64,000 nucleotides of DNA, taken from the NCBI GenBank assembly GCA_963833575.1, contig CAWHXY010000006.1, positions 1-64,000 on the forward strand, given 5' to 3'. This DNA is from Candidatus Bathyarchaeota archaeon (GTDB taxonomy: Archaea; Thermoproteota; Bathyarchaeia; Bathyarchaeales; Bathycorpusculaceae). Made by a program: the position numbers and the translations under genes. The notes beneath the pieces were generated by a model. It had not been told where the DNA came from. It did no database searches and saw only the letters and a list, made by a program, of their open reading frames with translations. This document shows positions 1 through 7,968 of the stretch, in pieces; the first letter of the stretch is position 1; each line of letters starts with the position of its first letter.

Positions 1-66
1 GCTGTTTCAAAAAGGATTATTTGCTTTATTTTCCCGCGAATAGTGTGGTTATTCGCAAAAACTTAA

Positions 67-384
67 ATGCAAAAAACACTGAAAAATATCAGAAGGTTCC
101 TTATGACCCAGAAGAAACGCAAAAGCCAGTTGTATTATGTGTTAGCCTCTGCACTGATTGGAATTGTTTTTGGAGCTGTTTTAGCGTTCTATGGAGTGTA
201 TAAGGCAAATGGACCGCTTTTTAGTGCACAGACTGATTTTTTTATCGATCCTGGCTTGTTATTTTTTGGTTTAGGGCTGGGTGTTTTATCCTCGGCTCAG
301 ATTATTTGGAACTTGGAGAAGAAGATTGGAGACTTGGAAAACATCTTGGCAAAAAGAGAAAACTCCGACCCAGAATCGGCGTGA
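67..384 (+). CDS. small two-TM membrane protein
   Basis: Two hydrophobic segments then a coiled-coil-like tail; start may be the ATG of MTQKK. Confidence 0.6.
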   Translation: MQKTLKNIRRFLMTQKKRKSQLYYVLASALIGIVFGAVLAFYGVYKANGPLFSAQTDFFIDPGLLFFGLGLGVLSSAQIIWNLEKKIGDLENILAKRENSDPESA

Positions 385-396
385 CTTCATACAATC

Positions 397-879
397 TTAA
401 CGGGAAATTATATGCAGATAATACGCCAAAACATCCGGCGCCAACTGCTCTTTCACTTCCAAAACTGACTGATCACTCAAGCAGTCAGGACCTACAAACC
501 ATTGCGCTTTACACCAATACTTGATCTCTGCAGGCGTGAGGGATTTGAGCCATTTGTCATATTCTTCTTTCGCAAGAATAATCAGTAGGCCAAGCCATTC
601 GCGATAGTAACGGTCATCATCGCCAATCGCCGTTAGCAGTTTCTGGGAAACTCGAAGCATCCTTAAGAAATTGCCGTCGCCCTCAAACTTGCCAACTTCT
701 TTAAAGACACCCTGAGCAACCTCGAGACGATAGGCTTGATACATCCGCTTATACATGGAATCCAAAATCTTAGTTTGCGGAAAAATTGGTTCTCTCTCAG
801 GCAAAAACCGATCTAGTACTCGAACGGGAACATTAAGCAAAGCCTTCAAGAAACGCAACCTCAAATCCAAATGCAACAC
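397..879 (-). CDS. hypothetical (proviral) protein
   Basis: 160-aa ORF with normal composition, co-oriented with virus genes; no motif recognised. Confidence 0.6.
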   Translation of the reverse strand: MLHLDLRLRFLKALLNVPVRVLDRFLPEREPIFPQTKILDSMYKRMYQAYRLEVAQGVFKEVGKFEGDGNFLRMLRVSQKLLTAIGDDDRYYREWLGLLIILAKEEYDKWLKSLTPAEIKYWCKAQWFVGPDCLSDQSVLEVKEQLAPDVLAYYLHIISR

Positions 880-1023
880 TGTTTTCCGCCTATACTAACG
901 CAGAACCATAGTTTTTCAATTAGGACCTAATACAAAAATTAAACAAAAATGACTAAGAATTATTCTTCTGAAAAAACAAAAAAGAAATAGAGCTTAGCGG
1001 TAAAAACCACTTAACATGAACTC

Positions 1024-1449
1024 TTATACTACGAAACTTGTGCTAACGAAGTTGCCACCATGGCTAGTTACTAAGGTTACTGTATAAGTGCCTGCTGTGG
1101 TTAATGGAGCGAAAGTGACCGGTACTAGAGCGCCTGATGCCAATGCTGCACCGCCAGTTGGAGCGGCTGGAGTGCCAACTACTGCGCCAGTGGAATCTTT
1201 AATTATTAAAGAAGTTATGGTAACTGTTCCACTTCCAGTGTTCTGAGCGTAAACTGCACCGTTTGAAACACCTTGTATTGAAACTTTTTCTTGTGCTACA
1301 GTTCCGCCTTGAGTCATTGTTGCTAGTGTTCCGCTTGTAAACATGTAAACTACTACTCCGGCGATAACTGCGATTGCGATGAGAATTAGAGTTGCGAATA
1401 TTGGTGAAATAGCTTTAGTGTTCTTCATAAATTTTCTAAGATTATTCAT
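1024..1449 (-). CDS. archaeal type IV pilin (class III signal peptide)
   Basis: KA/ISPIFATLILIAIAVIAGVVVYMF prepilin cleavage site and hydrophobic helix; Ig-like C-terminus ending LVTSHGG; strong RBS GGAGGTGA (1460-1467) and own TATA-like box. Confidence 0.9.
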   Translation of the reverse strand: MNNLRKFMKNTKAISPIFATLILIAIAVIAGVVVYMFTSGTLATMTQGGTVAQEKVSIQGVSNGAVYAQNTGSGTVTITSLIIKDSTGAVVGTPAAPTGGAALASGALVPVTFAPLTTAGTYTVTLVTSHGGNFVSTSFVV

Positions 1450-1587
1450 TTTGTAATTTTCACCTCCAAGCTAAATTCTGTTTAGTTTTCTTACCCTTCT
1501 CTTCGTAGAGTTTGCTTATAAACTACGTTTCTTAAGAATCAATATATCAAAAATGGATACGTACTCAACAAGTCATTTTTGAAATAA

Positions 1588-1917
1588 CTATTTTTTAGAG
1601 TTACCCAGGGCTTTCTTTCTCAAAATCTCTTCACGATGCAACTTATAATAAGTTGCACATTTTGCCTTTATTTCATCTTTTTTCATTTGATATCTCATTT
1701 GGGCGTTTGTTTTAAAGTAAGAATCTTTTTTAGAATATGCAATTGCCTTTTTTTCCAATATCTCTTCACGATGCAACTCATAATAAATATGATCTTTTGC
1801 TAATATTTCATCCTTATTCAGTTCATATTTTCGTTGACCATAAGCGTGAAAATACTCTAATCGTCTTTTGCTTCGCTCTTGCGCTTCTGGTCCCCATGAA
1901 CCCGAATGATAAGGCAT
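1588..1917 (-). CDS. basic Tyr/Lys-rich repeat protein
   Basis: Internal repeats YYELHREEILEKKA / YYKLHREEILRKKA with matching DNA duplication (1625-1650 vs 1760-1785). Confidence 0.55.
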   Translation of the reverse strand: MPYHSGSWGPEAQERSKRRLEYFHAYGQRKYELNKDEILAKDHIYYELHREEILEKKAIAYSKKDSYFKTNAQMRYQMKKDEIKAKCATYYKLHREEILRKKALGNSKK

Positions 1918-2051
1918 GGTTTGCTTTTTGTTGGAGTTGCATTTAAGTTTTATGAAACTAGACTCCTTGGTTACTCAAGCAATCAGGGCTAACATACCAC
2001 TAGCTCGACACCAAAACTTTAGATCCAGATGCTAACAACTGTAACCTTCGA

Positions 2052-2396
2052 TTATTTGGAAGGTCCTTTTATGAAAGTGACCAATAACCAAATTGCGCAG
2101 ATAACGCCTATTCCGACTAAGATGCATTCCGAATATCTTATCCAAGCAGTGTTTTCATATAATCTGAAAGCTTGGTGCAATCCGGTGATTGTGTAGAATA
2201 TCCAGCACACTACTAGAGAGCCGCCAAGCAAAGAGGAAATTCCAGTAATATGAAAAACATAACTTAAGGGTTTTTTTACTCGGGGAACTTGATCAAAGTT
2301 CTTTCTGCCGAAATAATAAAGAATCCAGCCTATCAGGAAAATGAGGGCGAGAACTGGGCTAAGAACTATTTTGATTATTCGTTTTTTCTTGTTCGT
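2052..2396 (-). CDS. three-TM membrane protein (not in ORF track; no canonical start)
   Basis: 115-codon open frame starting ACG just after the stop of 2398..2838: KKRIIKIVLSPVLALIFLIGWILYYFG...GISSLLGGSLVVCWIFY...ILVGIGVICAIWLLVTFIKGPSK*. Confidence 0.5.
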   Translation of the reverse strand, partial: TNKKKRIIKIVLSPVLALIFLIGWILYYFGRKNFDQVPRVKKPLSYVFHITGISSLLGGSLVVCWIFYTITGLHQAFRLYENTAWIRYSECILVGIGVICAIWLLVTFIKGPSK

Positions 2397-2397
2397 T

Positions 2398-2838
2398 TTA
2401 TAGCCCCGCGTAATTTGTCCAAATTTGATGGAAAATCTCTAAGGCTTGCGCTCTTGTGTCTTGGGATGCTAATTGTAGGTAAGGATTTGGCTGCGTTCCA
2501 GGATGATTCACAACTGCAGCAAATACCATGCCGCCAAGTTGGCCGCCTGGGAAAGCCAAAACCCGCGCGTTGCGTGGTCTAATTTGATGAGGTCTGGTGC
2601 CGAGAGAAACAAATGAGGCATAAGATGCTGTAGGGATAACTTGAGCACTGTTTCCATCTATTTTTTTGGTTATGCTCATTGCTAAGAAGCCGCTGCGCCA
2701 TGGTGCACGTTTATACGCATTATCTAAGCATGCATCAGCAAGTTTCTCAACGAATTCCGGAACAATTTCTTTGGGCATACTTTGCGCAAGATTCTCTAAA
2801 GTAACATTGATTTTTGTGATTCTGCAGCTGATGCTCAA
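2398..2838 (-). CDS. HK97 gp10-like tail-completion/neck protein
   Basis: APWRSGFLAMSI...YASFVSLGTRPHQIRP...VNHPGTQPNPYL motifs typical of the HK97-gp10-like family; position after head genes. Confidence 0.8.
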   Translation of the reverse strand: MSISCRITKINVTLENLAQSMPKEIVPEFVEKLADACLDNAYKRAPWRSGFLAMSITKKIDGNSAQVIPTASYASFVSLGTRPHQIRPRNARVLAFPGGQLGGMVFAAVVNHPGTQPNPYLQLASQDTRAQALEIFHQIWTNYAGL

Positions 2839-2849
2839 AGAAAATCCCT

Positions 2850-3299
2850 CTATTTTTTAATTTGAAATCGTGTTCCTTTCAAAAGCCAAGCACTACGAAT
2901 CAGGTTAGGCAACTCCGCCTTGACCAATTCATCAGTAATTTCAACTACTGCTTGACCAGAAACTGACAATTGATTAATCTGCACTGTGTCCTGGATCCAT
3001 CTTGCAATGGTTTCCCGCGTTTGAAGAGCCGTCTCAAGAGAATCTCCAGGTTTAACCAAGAGATCTATTATGACAAGTTCATCAACTAACGTAAATTCTC
3101 GAGTTTTAGACGTGCTTTTAGTCGGTTTAGGCGGATTATAGGTGCTAATAATGACATTTTGAGCTATAGCATCTAGTTGGCTAACGGCTTCGAAACGAGT
3201 GTGACTCCAGTTAACATCAGTAACAAGGAAGCCCGTGCCCACACTAGTCCAATTGGTTTGAAGCAAAGTCGAGATTAATTCTGTTAAGGGTAGACTCAT
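2850..3299 (-). CDS. putative head-tail joining / tail terminator protein
   Basis: About 150 aa between the adaptor and gp10-like genes; call from position and size only. Confidence 0.45.
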   Translation of the reverse strand: MSLPLTELISTLLQTNWTSVGTGFLVTDVNWSHTRFEAVSQLDAIAQNVIISTYNPPKPTKSTSKTREFTLVDELVIIDLLVKPGDSLETALQTRETIARWIQDTVQINQLSVSGQAVVEITDELVKAELPNLIRSAWLLKGTRFQIKK

Positions 3300-3309
3300 T
3301 TTGTTTCCC

Positions 3310-3771
3310 CTAAGGTGAGAGCTCTGGGCCACTGTTGTGAGGAATATGGCGGGAAGAATGTGCTAATTTTACCACTGTGGAAACATTCATCAAGTTAGAG
3401 ACAAAACTTTGGGTGTAACTTTGAATCGCGATTTTTATCGAATTCGCATATGGTCCTGCTCTTTGCAGGTGCATGTCTCCAAGGGCATAATCGTAAGCGC
3501 CAATTAGGCTGCCTCCGACAACCGTAACTAATACTCCTAAGCAAGCGAGATCAAGAGCGGCTAACTGTGCGCAGACATAACGCGGATCAGTAGGATCCGA
3601 AAGGGTAGGCACTATTGAATAGAGATATTTATTGGCGTGATCAACCTGCGCCTGAAAAGAATCCGAGGAAATTGTCAAGCCATAAACCGTATAATTGCTA
3701 TTACTGTCTGGACCTGTTGCATTCAGATGGCTAACAAGTTCAGATATCGAAGTAAAGGCAGGTACAGACAT
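3310..3771 (-). CDS. putative head-tail adaptor (SPP1 gp15/HK97 gp6-like)
   Basis: First virus gene after MCP; N-terminal FTSISEL, helical core, YDYALGDMHL hairpin-like segment. Confidence 0.55.
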   Translation of the reverse strand: MSVPAFTSISELVSHLNATGPDSNSNYTVYGLTISSDSFQAQVDHANKYLYSIVPTLSDPTDPRYVCAQLAALDLACLGVLVTVVGGSLIGAYDYALGDMHLQRAGPYANSIKIAIQSYTQSFVSNLMNVSTVVKLAHSSRHIPHNSGPELSP

Positions 3772-3867
3772 TTCAAAGCCTCACAAATTATTTTGAATTA
3801 AAGAAACTGGCAAATTATCTATTTTCTAAGTAAACAGAAAATCTTGAAAACCATTCATATTGAAAGT

Positions 3868-3925
3868 TAGTAAAGAAACCTTGACGCAGGTTAGTCAAGA
3901 AAGTTATACGAATAGGCTTATATCG
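3868..3925 (+). repeat. conserved 58-bp element, copy 1 (inverted half-sites plus BRE/TATA)
   Basis: TAGTAAAGAAACCTTGAC-N7-AGTCAA-N9-ACGAATAGGCTTATATCG; aligns without gaps to 7888-7945. Confidence 0.8.
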
Positions 3926-3946
3926 AAAATCGTTCAAGATCTGGTT

Positions 3947-5290
3947 ATGGTCAGCTGGAGCAAGACTATCTCTTCAATACTTATAGTATTCTTCTTAACT
4001 TCTCAGGTCTTCGTGCTATCCTCTCAAGCTGACCCTGTTTGGAATATCCAGACAATAGACACTGCCAGTGTTGGCGCAGGCGCCCTTGCTTTAGATTCCA
4101 ACGGCAACCCACACTTACTCTACATCCACTATACGAACAACGATGCCTACCATGGCTCCGTTTATCCAGGTCCGTTCGAGTTTATCTATTCGAGCTGGAT
4201 TGGAGGAAGATGGAATAGCGAAGTCATTCCCAATCTTACCAGCGTTTACAACTTCGTGTTAGATTCAAACAATAACCCTCAAATTCTCTATTCTAGCAAT
4301 AAAGGCATAACTATTGACAGTCCGTTAGGGTCAAATTGGACCACGCAACCAACCCCAATCCAATCAGGCGCAAGAAAAGCTTTTCTTGCCTTAGATTTGA
4401 ATGGCAACCCAAGTGTAGTTTACGCAGACAATAGCAGTCCGCTTAATCCAACGCTTTTAGAGTATGCAAACTGGAACGGCGAGAACTGGACTATTCAAAC
4501 CGTTGATTCGGGCAAGATTGGCGGAATAGGTGTAGACAATCTTTATCTAGCATTCGATAAAAACAATTACCCAATCATAATGTATGGTAATGAGACTGAT
4601 TATTCGGCACCAGGTGCAAGTTTACTCTGGGATTTCTCAATCAAGTTTGCGTTCTGGAACGGTACGGATTGGAACCTTCAGACAGTCGTTTCGAATGTAA
4701 CTGCAATGTACAATATGGTTTTAGATTCTAAAGGCTATCCGCACTTCTGTTTCAGACACGATTACCCATATCTCTACAGTGGTAACGACACCTTATTTTA
4801 TGCCAGTAAGGATGGGTCGGGTTGGAATTTTCAAAGTGTTATTTCGAATGAGTCTTTGGGTGATAGTTATCTTGCATTTGATTCTATTGATGTTCCGCAT
4901 ATAACATATTTCAACGATTCTGGTTTGATTTATACGGTTTGGAATGGAACTGATTGGGCACCTCAAGTCGTTAGTCCAACTAATCAAACAGTACAGGGCA
5001 GTCCAATACCAAATGGTGGAGGTCAAATAATAATTGACTCGCACGAAAACGCCGACATCGCCTTTGGCGCATTTCCTTCTGGCTACCCTGAGTCTTTTGT
5101 CTATTTTAGTATGTTTGCAACTGCTACAGAGCCTTCCTTTATGCCTACGCCGACTCCTTCAGTCACTTCAAACACTTTGGCAGTATCGAAATCAATTCTC
5201 ATTATCTTATTCGTGACAGGATCTGTTGCAATCGGTGTTTTAGTGTTGCTTTATAGACGACATCGAAAAACCAAAAACTTAGAACATTAA
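3947..5290 (+). CDS. secreted beta-propeller-like protein with C-terminal membrane anchor (antisense moron)
   Basis: Signal peptide after ATG 3947; repeated LALDxNGNPHxxY...W blades; P/T linker, TM helix and RRHRK tail. Confidence 0.8.
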   Translation: MVSWSKTISSILIVFFLTSQVFVLSSQADPVWNIQTIDTASVGAGALALDSNGNPHLLYIHYTNNDAYHGSVYPGPFEFIYSSWIGGRWNSEVIPNLTSVYNFVLDSNNNPQILYSSNKGITIDSPLGSNWTTQPTPIQSGARKAFLALDLNGNPSVVYADNSSPLNPTLLEYANWNGENWTIQTVDSGKIGGIGVDNLYLAFDKNNYPIIMYGNETDYSAPGASLLWDFSIKFAFWNGTDWNLQTVVSNVTAMYNMVLDSKGYPHFCFRHDYPYLYSGNDTLFYASKDGSGWNFQSVISNESLGDSYLAFDSIDVPHITYFNDSGLIYTVWNGTDWAPQVVSPTNQTVQGSPIPNGGGQIIIDSHENADIAFGAFPSGYPESFVYFSMFATATEPSFMPTPTPSVTSNTLAVSKSILIILFVTGSVAIGVLVLLYRRHRKTKNLEH

Positions 5291-5355
5291 GACCTTCTTA
5301 TTGCTCGCTTCTCCAAACTGTAACGCTATAGCGAGCCAGCGTTTTGAATTTGGCC

Positions 5356-5375
5356 AGAAAAAGAAAAAAAGAAAT
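5356..5375 (-). terminator. oligo-T terminator after major capsid gene
   Basis: A-rich run AAAAAGAAAAAAAGAAA on plus strand (T-tract on minus) directly after the MCP stop. Confidence 0.5.
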
Positions 5376-5379
5376 TAGT

Positions 5380-6276
5380 TTAGCTTGTTAAGCAACCTGT
5401 GATCTTGGCGACACATTCACCGTTGGTGACTATGGGTGCATACCGTGTTGTTAGCAGTGGCTTGACGATTTCTTTGCTCTTAATTAAGTCTACATCAGTT
5501 GTTAGAGGTCTTCTAACTAAGAAGTAGCCAAGAGGTGCGTATGCTGCTGAGAGGTTTTTGCCTGTGCTTATACAGTAGACTGTTCCTGCGGGAATTACAT
5601 TGGACCAACAGAGTTCCCATTCGCCTAGCATCTGCATTGGTTGCTGAGTAATTGGGCTAGTAACTTCACGTAGCAAGCTGTAGTTTGGCAGGTTCTTTAT
5701 GTCACGTTTCTGAACAGGGTTGCAAAGGATCGTGTCCATCTGGAAGTCTGCTTTGTTGATTAGAGCCTCTGCATTGTTGAAGTCTTCCATACCTGGAGTC
5801 TGAGCCTTTGTGAACTCGGTTCCTGCGACAGTAATTGTTTTGCCTGTGCAAGCGTTGGAGTTGGCTACTGGGCATGCTGCATCTATTACGCCTATGCAGT
5901 CAGTTTCAATTTGGAAGGCTAAACGTCTTGCGAGTCTTTTGAGTTGCTGATTGACAACTGGTAGATCCACGTCTTCAACGATTTCTTTGGGAATTTCGAC
6001 TCCTTCGCCTCGTTTGTATGGGCTAACAACTGCGTAGCTTAATGGTGTGTAATCTACTGGTACTGCTGAGCCTGGAGCTATTTCGCTTATGCCAACGCTG
6101 CGGGATCCAGCTTCTTTTACGTAGGTTTTGGTTCTGCCGTGTTTAAGCACATCATCGACCAATAGCCGTTTTACAACGAGATTGGGCATGGTGAGTTCGA
6201 GCAATTGTTGATGTAGTTCGGGATACTGAATAGCGCCTGTATCTACCCATGTTAGGGCATCTTCATTAAACGACAT
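5380..6276 (-). CDS. major capsid protein (HK97 fold)
   Basis: 298 aa after protease and cement genes; EIAPGSAVP (E-loop), YKRGEGVEIPKEIVED, spine helix LARRLAFQIETD, ILCNP motif. Confidence 0.85.
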   Translation of the reverse strand: MSFNEDALTWVDTGAIQYPELHQQLLELTMPNLVVKRLLVDDVLKHGRTKTYVKEAGSRSVGISEIAPGSAVPVDYTPLSYAVVSPYKRGEGVEIPKEIVEDVDLPVVNQQLKRLARRLAFQIETDCIGVIDAACPVANSNACTGKTITVAGTEFTKAQTPGMEDFNNAEALINKADFQMDTILCNPVQKRDIKNLPNYSLLREVTSPITQQPMQMLGEWELCWSNVIPAGTVYCISTGKNLSAAYAPLGYFLVRRPLTTDVDLIKSKEIVKPLLTTRYAPIVTNGECVAKITGCLTS

Positions 6277-6292
6277 TCTTCATTATTCTCCT

Positions 6293-6772
6293 TTAACCAA
6301 ATATTATTACGACTGTTGCGTTGTTGGCTCCACCGATGATGACAACGCCTCTTCTGTTCATTTGTGCGTTAATTATGGCTGCAAGTCCTGTGCAAGTGGT
6401 TGTAAATGGCGAGGCAGCACCCGTGATCGCTATGGTGCCAGCGACTGCTGCATCGGTTGTTGGTGCAAGTTTTGTGATTCCGCCATTTCCTGAGGTTACG
6501 ACATCGCCTGCGCTCAAAGCCCCGCCTGAAGTGTTTTTCACTCGCAAACGATGACCAAAAGTGTAGACATTAAGTGCTTTATTGCCGCCAACTGCTATGC
6601 TTTGGACAAAGCCGATGAACGCTGGATTTGGTGCGGTGCATAGTGAAACTTTGTTATCTGCGGAAATGTAAACTGGGTCTCCGACGGCGGGTGCTGTGTA
6701 GCCTGAATCTGGGAAGAATGTTTGCTCTAGATCTGGAATTACTTTTATGCTTGAACTATCAAAATATGTCAT
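6293..6772 (-). CDS. capsid cement/decoration protein
   Basis: Small G/A/T-rich beta protein (AVGDPVYISADNKV, GALSAGDVVTSG) immediately upstream of MCP. Confidence 0.65.
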   Translation of the reverse strand: MTYFDSSSIKVIPDLEQTFFPDSGYTAPAVGDPVYISADNKVSLCTAPNPAFIGFVQSIAVGGNKALNVYTFGHRLRVKNTSGGALSAGDVVTSGNGGITKLAPTTDAAVAGTIAITGAASPFTTTCTGLAAIINAQMNRRGVVIIGGANNATVVIIFG

Positions 6773-6774
6773 TT

Positions 6775-7866
6775 TTAGGACTCCTCTTCCTCTTCGTGGG
6801 TTATGTCAGCAGTTAAGCCCGCCATCCTGTGGGCAGCTGCTTTGAGTTCTAAACCTGCTTTTTGCAGGTTGGCTTTCCTGGCGAACATGTTGTTGAGTTT
6901 TTGTGCATCATCCGGTGCTGCTATGATGCCTTTGCCTGTGGGTTTTGCGGCGATTTTTGGAAGCATCGCTGAGACAGCTGCTTTGACTTCAGTTGTCAAT
7001 TTTGCTTCAAGCTTTGTTGAGCTTTCAGCTATGGCTGCTTTGCAAGCGTTCATTATTGTGGCAGTGTTTTTTGTGAGTTCATCTTGGAATTGCTGATATG
7101 TCAGTTCTGTGCCGGCTTTGACTGCTGCCTTTTTGGCTTTTTCTTCTTCAGTTTCTTCAATGGGGGGTTCTTGTTTAGGTGGTTTTTCTGACAATTGATT
7201 TTTTTCTCCTGTTACTTTTTGTTGGTTAGGCTCGTCTTTTTTAGCGAGCTGTACCTGTGATCTAAGCTGAGAAATTCCGCAAGGACACTTGGTTTTGTCT
7301 TGGCAACTGCATTTAGAAGCAATCAAGGCTCTTTGTTGGGCTTCATTCATGGCGGCTGCGAAACCCTTAGGCCTAAAAATATTGTTTTTATATGCTCCAA
7401 CTGCTACGATGCTTAATTCGACACATTGCGGCTTATGGACAACTTCATATGCGCCGGAGCAAAGGTGAATCATGCCTAAAGTTTCGTTTCGGGTTTTGTC
7501 GCCGCATTTGCTGCAGACAATTTCGTCTGAGATAACTTTGGGGCTAACCATGTTGAGATATTTCTTCTCAATCTGAGTTAGTAAAATGGGATCTCCGGAG
7601 ACCTCGGCAGAAAAAAGAACTGTATCGCCGACTCGCTTAACGGTTTTAACAATCCCTTTGACGTCTTCCACATTTGTGCCATGGTTAATTCGTAACTGCG
7701 AATTTTTCAGAGTAGAAGCAAAATAGTCAATATCTTCAGAGGGCACTTGCCAATTATTTTCGTTAATAGACGTGTCGATTGCTTGACCTTCAATCGTTAT
7801 CGTTTGCCTAATTTCATCTATGCTAGCTTTAACATCTATGTCATAATTTAGTTTCGTTAAAACCAC
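6775..7866 (-). CDS. prohead maturation protease fused to scaffold-like domain
   Basis: IEGQAIDTSINENNW, LRINHG (His), VSP (Ser), ELSIVAVGAY; charged helical C-terminal half. Confidence 0.75.
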   Translation of the reverse strand: MVLTKLNYDIDVKASIDEIRQTITIEGQAIDTSINENNWQVPSEDIDYFASTLKNSQLRINHGTNVEDVKGIVKTVKRVGDTVLFSAEVSGDPILLTQIEKKYLNMVSPKVISDEIVCSKCGDKTRNETLGMIHLCSGAYEVVHKPQCVELSIVAVGAYKNNIFRPKGFAAAMNEAQQRALIASKCSCQDKTKCPCGISQLRSQVQLAKKDEPNQQKVTGEKNQLSEKPPKQEPPIEETEEEKAKKAAVKAGTELTYQQFQDELTKNTATIMNACKAAIAESSTKLEAKLTTEVKAAVSAMLPKIAAKPTGKGIIAAPDDAQKLNNMFARKANLQKAGLELKAAAHRMAGLTADITHEEEEES

Positions 7867-7887
7867 CCATTAAGCGTCTCTTGTTAA

Positions 7888-7945
7888 TAGTCAAGAAACT
7901 TTGACTAACCTCAGTCAACTTTCTGTGACGAATAGCCTTTTATCG
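7888..7945 (+). repeat. conserved 58-bp element, copy 2
   Basis: TAGTCAAGAAACTTTGAC-N7-AGTCAA-N9-ACGAATAGCCTTTTATCG; 41/58 identical to copy 1 by manual ungapped alignment. Confidence 0.8.
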
Positions 7946-7968
7946 CCTACAGTTTCCTAATACTAAGT

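Noticed and set aside
3860-3946. N-terminal extension of the 3860..5290 ORF
   Set aside because: Runs through the conserved promoter-like element; the signal peptide starts at ATG 3947.
3868-7945. Classical integron attC sites
   Set aside because: GTTAGTC/GACTAAC only approximate GTTRRRY/RYYYAAC, the element lies 5' of the genes, and no IntI is present; reported as an unclassified element instead.
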